From assembly GCA_048013815.1 (NCBI GenBank), contig CM106586.1, positions 23,498,001-23,562,000 of the forward strand: a DNA stretch of 64,000 nt, read 5' to 3'. The notes under the pieces were generated by a model, which worked only from the letters and a program-made list of their open reading frames with translations, was not told the origin of the DNA and did not search any database. Source of the stretch: Setoptus koraiensis (Eukaryota; Animalia; Arthropoda). Position numbers and translations under genes: made by a program. Positions 41,123-53,899 of this stretch are shown here, one piece after another. Each line of letters begins with the position of its first letter. The stretch's first letter is position 1.

Positions 41123-42674
41123 GGACTCTTTTGCGAACACTAGAAATGACGATAGGCACTTCTACCGTGTGGAAATTTGCCAATACCTTTGGCCGTAGTT
41201 CAAGAAAAAGACGTCAGAGGCGCTTGCGTCAGCTTGAAAATGCACTGAAAAGGTTGAAGTGTCTCGAAAAATGTTTCGTTTTTACTTCTTTTTTTTTCTT
41301 GTTGATTTGATTTTCGAATGCTCATTCGATCCGACGCACGAAAAATGCGTGTACAAAAAGCGACCTCAAACGGTTTTTCGCTGAACTGCGGCCGAAGGTA
41401 TCGGCAGATTTCCGCCCAGTAGTATGCGTGAAAAAATAACATCTATCGCTAGCACTTTTGACGACGACCAATCACACTAGACCAAAGAACTAGTGCCAAG
41501 ACCAGCCAACCTATTAGAGTTGGTCACAATTTCGGCGAAGATTTTTTTTTTCGTCTTTGTTATAGTGGTCGCGTTGAGACCCTATGATCTGAACGATTAT
41601 AATTTCCGATTTCGACGTCATAATTATAGCCTTTCGGATTGGATGCGATCGGGTTGCGCTTTGCGAAGTTGGCAAATTCTGAATTTAGCCGATTGTTACA
41701 ACATTGTCTAGTGTTTTGAAACAAGTGGATGAGGCGACCGTAGTTCGAGAGCGAAATTGGCCGAACGGCTTAGAGGCCGAACAGCCTTTTATAGGGTCAC
41801 TTGTTTATTTGGTTTCCAGCGGCGGCGGCGGCAGCAGCAGCCCCAAACAAAAGAGTGCGATGGACGAGGCTGGAGTGCAGTCGCAACACACCTCTCAGCG
41901 CACGCGAAGAATAGAGGCAAGAGCAGATATCAAAATTCTCTGATCCGCTCTCTGGACTGCCCGATTCGGTCGTTCTTTCGTTCTCTCGTTGTGGCGTTCT
42001 CTCGGCCGTTCTCTCGTTCGCCGGCTCGTTCTTTCGTTCGCTCGGCCGTTCTCCCGTTCGCCGGCTCGCTCGTTGGCCTTCGTCGGAACGTTCGCATGGC
42101 TCCGACGTTTGTCCCCTGTCGGCTTAGCGTGAGCCTATTGGCGCACGCCAGCCACTCTGTCATGCAGTCACGTATGGCCTGTGTTGTTGCATGGCACTGC
42201 GACTAACAAAGTTTGGGCCGAGCACTAGTGGTCTGCCCATGGTCTGGCACGGCATCGGCGTCAACAACGACAATTCGCAGCCAACTCACAACTGGCTTCG
42301 AATTGGAGCAAACAGCATTCTTGGGTCGGCGGCTTGCGTTGGCCGCTTGGATATTGCACAGTGCCGCTGTTTGATACACTGTTGGTGGCTCAGTGTGTTT
42401 GTGTGTGTCTATATAGAAGCGACGCGGTAAGAATAGAAATAAGAGCAGAGCCACAATAGTAATTATTTCTGTCGGCGTATATACGCTCACTTTCAGAATG
42501 GAAGAGGCCATTTGTCAAGTAAAGATTTTTGAATTTTCTATGCGCAGAGACACATTTGCGCACATCGGGCTGCTTGCGACGCGCATCCAAAGTGACACAT
42601 CTTCCTTTACAAATGGCTTTTTCATTCTGGGAGCGACCGTCTACGCCACCGCCACCACTTCTACTGCAAACACT

Positions 42675-42965
42675 GCTTCGAAAATGCGCTTCGAAAATGC
42701 GGCTGCGAAAATGCTGCTGCGAAAATGCGGCTTCGAAAATGCGGCTTCGAATGTGCGGCTGCCAATGTGCGGCTGCGAACACACTGGCGAAAAGAAGCGA
42801 GTTCATTTCGCTTGTGTGTGCTCCCTTTTCTGTTGGCCGTTTTTTCGCTGGTCGCTCGTCGGCAGCATCGTCGGATCATGTTGGCGATGAGCACAACGAG
42901 ATAAAGCCGGCCGAGAGCTTCTCAGCAGCCGAGGGCTTCTCAGCAGCGGAGAACTTCTCAGCGGC
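42675..42965. repeat. Two short tandem arrays (about 14-bp GCTKCGAAAATGCG; 18-bp CTTCTCAGCAGC... x3)
   Basis: Direct inspection: 42675..42780 and 42911..42965. Confidence 0.8.
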
Positions 42966-43499
42966 GACGAGGTTCGTCGCGGAACGACGACAGGCCGAGC
43001 GGCAGCGAGTTGCCGCAGAGATGAAGCGAAACGAGACGCGATATGAGATGAGACGAGCCGAGCCAAGTCGAGACACCGAGTCGCTGGCGAGCGTCGCCAG
43101 CCAGCTCGCCGGCAGAGAGCGAGTGAGCCGAGTCAGTGAGCGAGCTAGTCGGGCTGTCGGCGAGCAGATCCGAAGCTCGAGACGGAGCGAAGAAGCGACG
43201 GCTCACCTTAGTTGTTCGTAAGCGCACACAGGCACGAACGAGGACGGGGGAGCCTGACGAAGAAAGAAACACTTGGTGGTGCCAAAATGGTATGATAACT
43301 GGGCTCGTTATAGGCCACAATGTGAGCGCTGGCAAACATTAGCCGGAGATCTCTCGATTGCAGTTTGCACTGTGAGATGAAACGAGACGAGATTGGTAAA
43401 TGCGATCGGATGGACACAAGGATGGTCGGTCGATCACGATGAGTCGCTCGAGCGAGTGGCTGCGAATGCAAAGCAACGACCAGAATTGTCAGAATTGTT

Positions 43500-45080
43500 G
43501 TTTGCTGCTGCAACTTGTTTGCTGCTGCTGCTGCTGCACTGTATTTGTACTCTGGTCGGTGTGGCGCTGTTAACTCGCTGCGAGAAGGACACACCAGATA
43601 GCTGTGAGAGAGTTAGAAGAACAGTCGGATTCTTTTGCTTTTGGCTCGTTCGCAACTGCTTACATAACAACGCAGCAGCAGCGGCATCAGCAGCAACAAC
43701 AACAACAGCAACATCAGCAACCAACAACAACATCAACAGCAACGACGCAGCAACGACAATGACAACGCAGAACACATAAATTAAATTGAGTTTGCCAAAC
43801 TCACTGACAGCGCAACATACAAACTAGTCAGATAAATAAAATTGACAAAGCCGACAGCACACTGCAGAATTGGATGCCAAAAACTAACTGATGCTAGATG
43901 CTGCTCATGCAAGTCGCCATACAAACAGCACGGTGCTGGCGCGAAAAACTTTGCTGACCTATAAAAGTCACGAAAGAATTATTCCGATACAAAGTGACCC
44001 TATATGCGGCTATATGCGGCCAATCCGGCAGCGGCCTCAAGCGAGCCGGAATTTTCATTTCGCCTTGTCAAACAATATCTCTGCTCAATATCGTTATGAA
44101 ATATTGTCTGCTGACACAATGTCCCCTTTACAGGGGCAGCTTTTGCCCTTTTTTCCACTGTCCCACTGCAATCCAATTCCGATCGCCAGCCGATTTGCTG
44201 TTGCGCTGCTCGATAGGCTGTTAATGAGATGATAATTAATCGAAATGAATATTTAGTCGCAGTCGGTCGCTAAATAGATCAACTTGACACAAACAATGAT
44301 GCTGCTGCTGCTGCTGTGATGATTAACAATGAGCAATAAAATGTTGCACTGTTGCACCTCATACGCAACAAGGTTTGCCGGGCTAATCTCGTCGTTGATT
44401 GTTATTATTATTATTATTGTCTTTTTTATTATCTCCTTCTTCAAGATATAAGCCATAGACACATTAACAATAATGGCCGACACATAGTAACAAAATTATC
44501 TAGTTCCAAAAGCTAGCAGATACCATCATCACTGGTGTGCAGTTGACACGAGTCAAAATAAACAGAGTGAGCGATAAAAAAAGTCGTTATGATGATGTAT
44601 TGATGATTATCACTGGACATAAGTGACACCATAACAACAATAATGACGAAACATAAACAGGTAGTTATAACGGAACCACCAATTGAACTGAAAAAGGCTG
44701 AGGTGACAAGGCCGCAATATTGAACTTGACTTTGCCACTTTCGTTAGCTCTCAATAAATAATTTAATTGATTGTCTAATTGATAATAAACTAGTCAACTT
44801 GCATAACTGCATCTATTTACACACACACACACTCTAATTTTCATATAAAACCAATGCAAACCACTGTGCCAGCCAGAGCCTATCCTGTAGCCTCTGGCCA
44901 GAACAAACACTAAACACCTCATACTATTACTGTGGCCATAATGACGGCAATAATAATAGTAACGATTGTAATAATGAAAATAACGATCATCATTATTGCT
45001 TTTATAGTGACATTCATGTTGTTGTCATAAACACTCAACTCGCACTTATGAGATCATTGATCTTGATTCTTTTCAATTCG
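43500..45080 (-). repeat. Triplicated non-coding module, copy A (inverted; in Antp intron)
   Basis: Collinear reverse-complement matches to 53900..55340: 44920..45078 vs 53901..54059 (4 mismatches in 159), 43772..43900 vs about 55000..55137, AGTGACCCTATA at 43993, TGACCTATAA at 43955. Outer boundaries are approximate. Confidence 0.88.
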
Positions 45081-46608
45081 AACAAGCCAAGGTGGCCCTC
45101 TCGATAATGGCCCGTATATCACAAATCGACTGCCACTGTCACTACTGCTCACCGCTACCGGTGGCTACATTCTTGCAGACTCTATTTTAGGCAAATGACG
45201 TGGGCTCAAGTTCATCTTTTTCGCATCTTTTTCGGTTCTATTTCGGGTGTTTTTCGCATGTTTTTTGGATCTTTTCGCGCAACCAACGAGTGAATCGTCA
45301 CTCTGGCAGTCAGAGTCTGACTGGCATCATCCGCGAGAATTGCAGAAGCTCAAAAAAGCGCCACTCCAACCCTTCTAGACCCTACAACTTTTCGCCCAAC
45401 TCTTGTGAGCCTTTCATTCGAGCTCTCATCTCGATTGCACGCTTGATTTCCGTCCCAATAAAAGCTGAATGCAAGCATGAAAATATTTTCTTTCTGGCAG
45501 TTTGAAAATGATGCCAACATGGTGCCTTTTTCTACTCTATTGACTTTGAGCTGGCCATGGGCTGATGGGCTGCGTGCAAACAGGTAGTTTGTGTGAGGGT
45601 GCAGACTAGCCAGACGAATGATTAATCTGTCTGGCATGAGACTCATCTCATCTCAGCTCGGCTGTGTGAGTAACAAACAAACAAAGTTAAAGAGAGATCT
45701 TTGGCTCGTTTCGTGCACGCTCTTTCTCAGCCAAACTTTGGTTGTTGCAACATCTAGTCATATTGTTTTCTCTCTGAATATCTCTCTGAATATCTGAACT
45801 TTTTGTTAGAAATCGCAACAGCTGATCCGGCAAGACAAGACAAAACAACAGCATACATTGACACTTGAACTATAAACTCAGGAAATTGTCTGATGAAGTG
45901 GAGCCAATTTTCAATTGGCTCGTAATTGTTGCTTTGTCAACTTAGTCAATGGGAGCCAACAACATGCGACGACAACAACAGTAGACAGGCAGTCGGTTGA
46001 TTGATTATGCTCTCTCTCTCTCTCTGTGAGCCGACCAAGTTTGTTTGTTTGTTGGTTGTTGTTGTCGCTGTTGTTGCTGCTCTGATGACGAACCAACGCA
46101 TAGATTGCACGCAGCCAGACTGGCTCGCAAGCTAGAGCAACTTTCAATAAATAGCAACTACAACTGCATACGACAAGTCGCTGCACAACGACTGGATGTG
46201 CGGATAGGGATAAAAATAAAAATGTTTGTAAAAAATTTGCTCGCCGTCGTCGTCATGGTAGACAACTCTTTCCATTATAGGACAGATTGATACTCGTCTA
46301 CTCGTTGGTGGCGCTGTTGCGAAAACACAGCCAGTCAGCTGATGGCGCTGGCTTTCACCACTGGCAGCAGTCTGGCAACTAGGCAACTGGAAAGAACCGA
46401 CCGAAAGAATCGCTCGCCGCGCGACAGAAATGGAGCCATCTACACGCTTGGTTGCCTATAGCAACAACATGCCCGACGTTCTTACGCAACACAATGCTTG
46501 GCCTGATTGCAATGCTCTGGCGTGTTGACTGTGTGTGCTAGTTGCGTCTCTACGCAGGACGCGAGCGACACAACAAACTGAGAATGTTCCTCAAATTCGC
46601 AAAATCCG

Positions 46609-46720
46609 ACAAGTTCGGCAAATCCTACAAATTGGGCGGATTCTCAAGTTCGATAAGTTCGGCGAATTCTCGAGTTCGACAGATTCGGCGGATTCTCAAA
46701 TTCGACCGGTTCGACGGATT
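46609..46720. repeat. Degenerate 26-bp tandem repeat at the 5' end of the Antp intron
   Basis: Units GGCGRATTCTCRARTTCGA... start at 46635, 46661, 46687 and 46713. Confidence 0.8.
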
Positions 46721-46761
46721 GTGCAAGTGCGAGAACAGAAACAAGAGTGAGGAAAACTCAC

Positions 46762-48664
46762 CGAATTGGTTGCGCATCCACGGATAGCAGACTGGCGACA
46801 AATCGGACGCAACCGTCTGGCCGCTGCCAGTCGCAACAGCCGATCCTGCGGCGTTGATGGTCAAAATGTGCTGCTGTTGTTGCTGTTGTTGCTGTTGCGC
46901 CGGTTGCTGTTGGGCCGGCGCCGGTTGCATCTGCTGGTACTGGCCGTCGGCTGGTTGCTGTTGGTGTAGGTGACTCGGTTGTTGCTGTTGGTGGTGGTGA
47001 TGCGGCTGCTGCTGCTGTTGTTGTTGTTGTTGTTGCTGTTGGAGGTGATGCGAGTGCTGGCCATGATGATGTGGCTGATGCGCATGATGCAATTGATGAT
47101 GAGAGTAAATAGTTTGCTGCTGCTGCTGCTGATGATGATGCAGCTGAGCAGATTGAGCTTGCAATTCCGGCCTCGCCACTGACTGAGTGTGCAGTTGTTG
47201 CTGCTGTTGTTGTTGAGATTGTTGCTGCAACTGCATCTGCTGCAATTGTTGCTGCATCTGATGCTGCTGCTGTTGTTGTTGTTGTTGTTGATCGGCCTCT
47301 AGTGACACCGACGACGACGAGGGCGAATGTTGCGTAAGAGGATGCTGCTGCGGCTGCTGGTGACCTTGTAGGGGTGCCAGAGTTGGCGGCGTCGATATAG
47401 GTAGGATCCTCAAATTGGTGCCGGCGGCATGCAGATTGTCCGCTGCTGTGGCGCCAAAATTGCTGCTGACGCTGCTGTTATTAGACTTGTTGCCATTTGT
47501 GACAGGCTGCAAAGTTTGGGGCGACTGGTGATTTGGTGGCGTTCCGTTTGCTGGCGACGCGGCTATTGCGCCCATTGACGTGGGCACAACCGGCACGCCG
47601 GCAGCAGCAGTAGCAGCTATCGGCAACAATATAGGACTATCGGCACAGGTAGCCGGTTGTGCAATACCGTTCATGATGGGATGCTGATGATGATGCTGAA
47701 AGTGTTGCTCATAATGTTGGTGTTGCTGATGGTGATGTTGTTGCTGTTGTTGCAGGTGGTGGTGGTGGTGGTGAAGTTGTTGTTGTGGTTGATGCTGCTG
47801 ATTATGCAAATGCTGTTGTTGTTGTTGTTGTTGTTGTGAATGCTGTTGGTGGTGGTGCTGCTGAAAAGCGGCCGCATTCTGATGATGGTGATGGTGTTGT
47901 GCATGTTGCGCGTGGTGCTGGTGGTGAAGGTGATGATGGTGGTGAGCGTGTGGCATCAAAATCATGGCATGATGCTGCTGCTGTTGCTGTTGTTCAATAT
48001 TGGTTAGATCGGCTGAATTAAGCAAATGATGATGATGATTGTTGTCCGCTAGCGGTGATTGATTGCTGGCCAGCACTTGTTGTTGTTGCTGCTGCCGCTG
48101 CTGCTGAGTGAATTGCTCCTGATGTAAATCAAGCTGTTGGTGTTGGAGGTGATGAAGCTGCTGCTGCTGTTGTTGTTGGTGGTGATGGTGGTTGTGATGC
48201 TGCTGGTGCTGATGGTGTTGTTGATGGTGGTGCAATTGATGGGGTGCCTGGTGATGCTGCTGTTGTTGCAATTGTTGTTGCTGTTGTTGTTGTTGCTGAT
48301 GCTGAAAGTGTTGCTGATAAGTTTGCTGCTGCTGTTGTTGATGACTCTGAATTGTGTCCGGCGTGATGTTTGCCGTGAGTGTTGGCGTCGATTGAGGACT
48401 CACCGCGCTCGCCAGCATGGTGGCATCGCCCGCGCCCAAACTGACCGGCGACTGATGGTGATAATTGTGAGGTAGGCTCCCATTTGTGACTGGACTAGCC
48501 GAGTGATTGAAATGATGATGATGATTATTGTTGTAGTTGACCCTAGATTGAGTGGCCACAGTGGCCGCTGCGCTCGCTGCTGCCGCCGTCATTGCCGATT
48601 GTTCATTATGCGACACAACAGGATTGTATGGCAGATAATCGGTGGCGGCCTCAGTTATGTTCAT
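46762..48664 (-). CDS. Antp: Antennapedia, coding exon 1 (very Q/H-rich, ends in YPWM hexapeptide)
   Basis: The first in-frame ATG is at 48664 ([13 protein letters not shown]...). The exon ends ...VCYPWMRNQF-g with a GTGAGT donor at 46761. The intron is 13,131 nt and the spliced CDS is 2586 nt (861 aa). Confidence 0.88.
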
Positions 48665-48826
48665 CTTCTCGTCATTTTCGTCGTCCGAGATTTCGATCAA
48701 TTTAAATTACAATCGTCGATTACAATTATTGCGTGTTGTGTGTGTTTTGATTATTTCACTGCAATGTTTCAATTAGCTTCAATTTCGTCTCGTTCTTCAC
48801 GATTTTCATCCTCTTACCTAGCGTTG
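48073..48826 (-). repeat. Shared 5' block, Antp copy (leader plus first ~197 codons)
   Basis: Direct repeat of 57945..58696 at an offset of about 9.87 kb. Bases 48324..48556 are identical to 58196..58428. Confidence 0.95.
48759..48817 (-). other. Putative 59-nt 5'-leader intron of Antp
   Basis: AG|GTAAG donor at 48817, CAG acceptor at 48759 and a CTAAT branch-like motif. Donor and acceptor are conserved in the Ubx-like copy. Confidence 0.35.
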
Positions 48827-48997
48827 CGAGTGTGTGTGTGTGTGTTGTTGTTGTTGTGTGAAATTAATTATAAAATTAATTATAAGTTTTAGTTGATTTT
48901 AGCAAAGTTGCCCAAAGTGGCCCGATAAAAGACCTCTGTCTCTCTTTCTGTGCGACACAGAAAGAGCTTGAATTTGAGCTTCACACCCACAAATGAG

Positions 48998-49045
48998 CGT
49001 GTGTGTGTGTGTGTGTGCGTGTGTATGTGTGTGTGTGTGTGTGTC
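48998..49045. repeat. Interrupted (GT)n microsatellite upstream of Antp exon 1
   Basis: Direct inspection. Confidence 0.9.
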
Positions 49046-50580
49046 TGCGCTTGCGCAAACAAGCCACATGATGAGCTCGAATCGGTTCGGGCGCTTCGAA
49101 CTGGCACAATTGACAGAATTCGACGGCGACAACAATCATTGTTGGGCCAACGAGTCGTTGTCCCATTGCCGCATTGGCGAATTATCGCAATCGATCACCG
49201 TTTAATTGGGCCGGGCGAGCGAATCGGTTGAAATTTCTGCTTCTTTGCCGCTTTTGCAGCAAAAAAGTTCATAGAGGCATGCCCTTCATCGTGTTGTCGC
49301 GAATTTGTGTGCGGCTCCGGTGGAGAATTCGCGTTCGCTCACCCTCGTGCACGGGGCACGACCTTTTACGACTTAGCGAGAAACGGTTCGCCGGACAATC
49401 TAGCGGCGCTGGTTGTGTTAAAAAGTTGTCGCTGCGCGCTAAAAAGTGCTGGCGCTCCGTTTGTTTGGACAGTTATATTGGGCCAACATCAAACAGTTAG
49501 ATTGGCCAAACTGGTTGCACTGTCCAGTTGGCCGGACTGGTTAAACCGATTGAACCGATTCGCCGGCTTTTTTACACCGTCCGTCTATTGATTGTAAATG
49601 TGCCATGATTTTATGACCGCAATAAAGGGTGTCTAAAGCAGACCGCACATCTATAAAACACACTGTGCTGCTCGCTAGCACATATTCTTTCCGAAACGAT
49701 GATCAAATGAAATTCAGCACAACTAATCAGATGGACTGTGTTGAGGTCAAGAAAAGTTCCATTCGCTTGGCACAATTATTAATTTCGCGCTGCACATAGT
49801 CTTTCTCTCTGCACGCTATTTGTTCCAACTTGACCCGGCATCGCACTCACTGGTCACCAACACCAACTTGGTGTCACCAAGAGACATCTATGACCCGCCA
49901 ATGACACTAATGGCCGATATACTCTTGGCCGTTTACTATATAACCAATTGGGATCCTATTAGATGGAGAATAATTCACGAACAATTGTAAACAAGATACC
50001 GATTGAGAAGCAACAAGATGTTTAAGGCACCGGACAATACGCTCGATTTTCATAACAAGCAAATCGGTGAGTTTCATATAATCGTGAGATTAATTTATCC
50101 GGATCCCGTATTGGGGGTGGCTCTATTATATTCACCCACAATGTTAGAGATAAACCACACGGAACAATAGAGACTATCAATATTTATCTTATCAACACCA
50201 CATACTCACACCATGCCTACCCTCCTATTTGTCTCAAACAACAACATAATCATTGCCAGGTCCATCATCTAAATTTTCTTTTTCTGCCAAATTTTGTCCC
50301 TCGCAAAACTATCCATTTAAATTCAAAAATATAGCTGACATAGCGATGGGTCAGAGATGCAAAAACAAATCAAGATCGTCGGCCTACATCCTGACGTCCC
50401 CACTGGGGCATGTCTATACTAACGCCTGTCCCGATGGTTTGCATTGTGTTAGGTACGACTCAACACTCTGACCACTTAACTCAATGCACATCAAAATATG
50501 AATTAAAATGCTCATAACTGATTGCTCCTGGTCAAACATATAAACTTTCCACTACATATACATTCGAATATCATCAAACT

Positions 50581-50961
50581 ATGACTAACAATAACCCAAC
50601 ACAAACTCTGCTCTTCCTTCCCTCGTTTCTCTCCATCTTCTATGACATTGTAATTAATATTATTAGACTCTACGGCGATGCGGACTACGACAAGATTGAC
50701 TGGGATACAAAGGTTGACTTTATCAGAGCGTCAAGTCTAATGGAGAGCAATCCGCATGCAAAGCGTCTTAAAAAATGGTTACAAGCATATTTTGACAACG
50801 CGCCTCGTTGCGAAGAGATTGAACTAGATCTTTGTTGTTTAGATCTTTATGGAGACTTTAACTCAAATATTTGGAAAAATCTTATAGTGTTCAACCGAAG
50901 CCTGCAGTTGACAACCAATCCGCACACTCAGACACCAAAGTTAAACTGGCCGATATTATAA
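50581..50961 (+). pseudogene. Coding-like ORF fragment of unknown identity (126 aa) running into repeat family 2
   Basis: ATG start and balanced, non-repetitive composition (YGDADYDKIDWDTKVDFIRASSLMESNPHAKRLKKWLQAYF...), unlike the surrounding slippage ORFs. No family was recognised. Confidence 0.3.
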
Positions 50962-51269
50962 TTCATATTGCAAGTGTTTTTAGATCTACCAACACTATTT
51001 GTCTCTAAAAATCATTGTCCATGGCGGAAAATCTTTCAATTCCATTATATTGCTATTGGTATCGAGGGAAATAAATTTCGGTAGGAACGAGAAAAAGCTC
51101 CTGGATTTGGTATTTCGGTGGGAACAAGTGTGTCTCAAATGACTCACCTATGACTTGCTCGCATACGGATTTTCAGAGTTTTCACCTAGTTAGAAATACA
51201 TCGGCGAATAATCGATTCTGTTGGCCCTAGTTACTGGCTTGCTGTGATCAGTTTGCCGGATTGGCAATC
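50881..51269. mobile_element. Dispersed repeat family 2 copy, inverted relative to the 25.7-kb copy
   Basis: Reverse complement of 25666..26051. Confidence 0.62.
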
Positions 51270-51834
51270 CAGCCTAGCGGAGGACAGCGAAGAGTCGGAC
51301 AAATGAAACATCGTGCATCGAAGAAATTTATTCTCATGTTTTGTTGTATAGACTCTGGATAAGCGACACCATTGTAGAACAATGACTCTCACTAACCATC
51401 TACCTCATGTGTTTGTTACTGTATTATTGTTCGAGTATCTCGACAATCTGATAGCCGCATATCACTGCCAATAAACAAAAAGTATATTCCAGACAACGAC
51501 GAAACAGTCACTTCGATTATTCATTTCACTTCTTTATTTAGTGCTGTATCAATGGTGTAGATGTGATATTGGTTAGTTGTGTTTAGTTTAACCCTTGCCT
51601 CACCAAAATAATTTGACATTGAGAAATTGAGTGACTTTTTCTCGCTTCAAGAGTGGCCCTCCTAAGCGTTACGCATGTCAGAGTTGTCCTGTGACATAGA
51701 AGCCTCAATTGAACGATGTTTCTTTGCACGAATGGAATATCAACGACCGATCAATAACGGTTAGTTGGGTGCTCGCTTGCAGCGCCGTCTAACGTTGAGA
51801 AAACTCAACTTTTTTCGGAACAATCGCACGCTAC

Positions 51835-51852
51835 CACCTCTAGATGGCACCA
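51835..51852 (+). promoter_or_regulatory. CTCF-like motif (CCTCTAGATGGCACC)
   Basis: By-eye consensus match between the Antp 5' end and the Ubx-like 3' end. Confidence 0.35.
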
Positions 51853-53899
51853 TCATCAGCAATCACAATAATCTTTTATAATATGAATATTATTACATTG
51901 AGAGCTATCGAGTTATTCGATTGGCAAAATTAAAATCGACACGGCAAGTGCAAATAAGCTTGCACTTGTCATAGCTTGATTTGCAAACAATATGGCACAC
52001 ACACACACGTAACACACGAACAACTGGTAACAAACAAACAAATAAGCAAGCAAACAAGTGTAATCCATGCCAGCAAGACTGTGGCTTAAAACAGACAATT
52101 GTGAGAGTAAAAAGTGCAATTGCGCAACAGCAAATCACAATGATGATAAAATGAAATTTTGAGTATGAATAACCTATAATTATTGTTATTACTATAGTGT
52201 GTGTGTGCCATTTGCAAGTGGCAGAGCGACCGATGGCATTATGATTATGGTTAGCATTGGCGTGGCCACGTCTAGCCAATCGAAGGCCCGTCGTAAAGAA
52301 TGCCAGCCAACGACGAGCGCCAGATGAGATTGAGTTAGCGAGATACGAACAACGATTCACAACAACCGACAAACAACTCGGCTCACAAACTCGGCTGGCT
52401 CTATGCGAACGCACAATCAATCAACAGAATGGCGATTTGTGGTGCCAGATTACCTGTCGGTTCGTTGTTGTTGTTGTTGTTGTTGTCGCTGCCGTTTTGT
52501 TGTTGTTGCTGCTCACCTGTTGGGCTGTTCAGTTATTGGCAATTGTTCTGGCTGCGATGAGTCACCCAAGCAAGCAAAACGAAGCGAACAAGCAAAGAGA
52601 GAAATATCTTTCCTCGCAAGTGGTATAATGTTCGATGGGATAGCTGGCCAGTTGCCTTGAGCGCCACACTTCGATTCGAGCGAGCTCGACAACGCAGCCG
52701 AGCGACGACGAGCCAACAATTTGACTGAATTGATAATAAAATTATTAACAATTATTGTTGTTGCCTGCAAACTAACTCGTCGTCGTCATACAAGTCGATA
52801 GTTCAAGTTCACACACTCATATAGTGTGTTTACGTTTAAAAAGAAAATTTGAAATAGTTGAAAAAGTTGTGAGTAGCTCAGAGAAAAGTTTAATAAATGA
52901 TATATAGAGATACGACGAGTAACATGAATAATATACGAAGTACATTATTTAAGGATAAGCCGCTTGTTGCCGCTTGTTAAATACACGAACAGCTATCTAA
53001 ACTAAACTATCTAGCCCGCCAGCTCGAGCCGAGAATCTTTGCGAGAGAGAAGGCGAATATTAGTCGTTTGTAACAGCTAGGTGAGGTAGCCCGGGCAGAG
53101 TTACAAGTTGAAATTAATTATGTATGTCTGGCTAGTTTTTGTACGCATACAAACTACTTGTTCGCACGCAGCTTACAATTTCATGAGGAGCGAACAATCA
53201 AAAGAGTAAGAGTGGCACTAATATCTGTGATAGCCAGCCACTAACAACATGATCTGCCAAGTGGCTCCTGACAGCTCAATAAATGTTAGCTGCAAACTAT
53301 TTCAAACGCGAAAAAAGAAAATCTCTCCAATTGGATTGAATTAGAATTAGGATGGCCAACAAAGAATTGAGCCGGGTTGATCTGATCTGAGTGTCAAAGA
53401 ACTCTTCACAGGGCTCGAAATATTTTGGATGATGCAAGTGGCGAGTGAAAATGGACTGTGTGCGAAAAAACGACGACTCAAATGTATTTCACAGACCACA
53501 GAGATGAATAGATGTCATGTCGGACGAAACTGAATAGAGTTGGTCGCAAATCAAGTTTGGATAGGCAGATTTTTTGAATAGATATAGATATAGATATCTA
53601 CTATATAATTCCTCGGAGCACAAGATGCTGCTCCGTTGTGCAGGTTGATTGCGCGACAATTACCGATTGACGAACCAACGTTTCGATCCACATTAATCCA
53701 ATCTATAATGTACAGAACTATCCATAGTTGCGAGGGCTGATTTGTTATTGTTCCGATGCGAATATGAGCTTGTTGGCGATTCCGTTATAACGGAATGGCC
53801 ACTTGATTACGATTGTATCAACTGGTGGCATCAACAGTGACAATGACAGATTACGGATGCGAAGAAAGTGAGTGAACCTTGTGTCACCTTGTCTCATTT

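Noticed and set aside
46609-46720. CRISPR-like array interpretation of the 26-bp repeats (also 6490..6550)
   Set aside because: Head-to-tail repeats without unique spacers, in a eukaryotic context with no cas genes.
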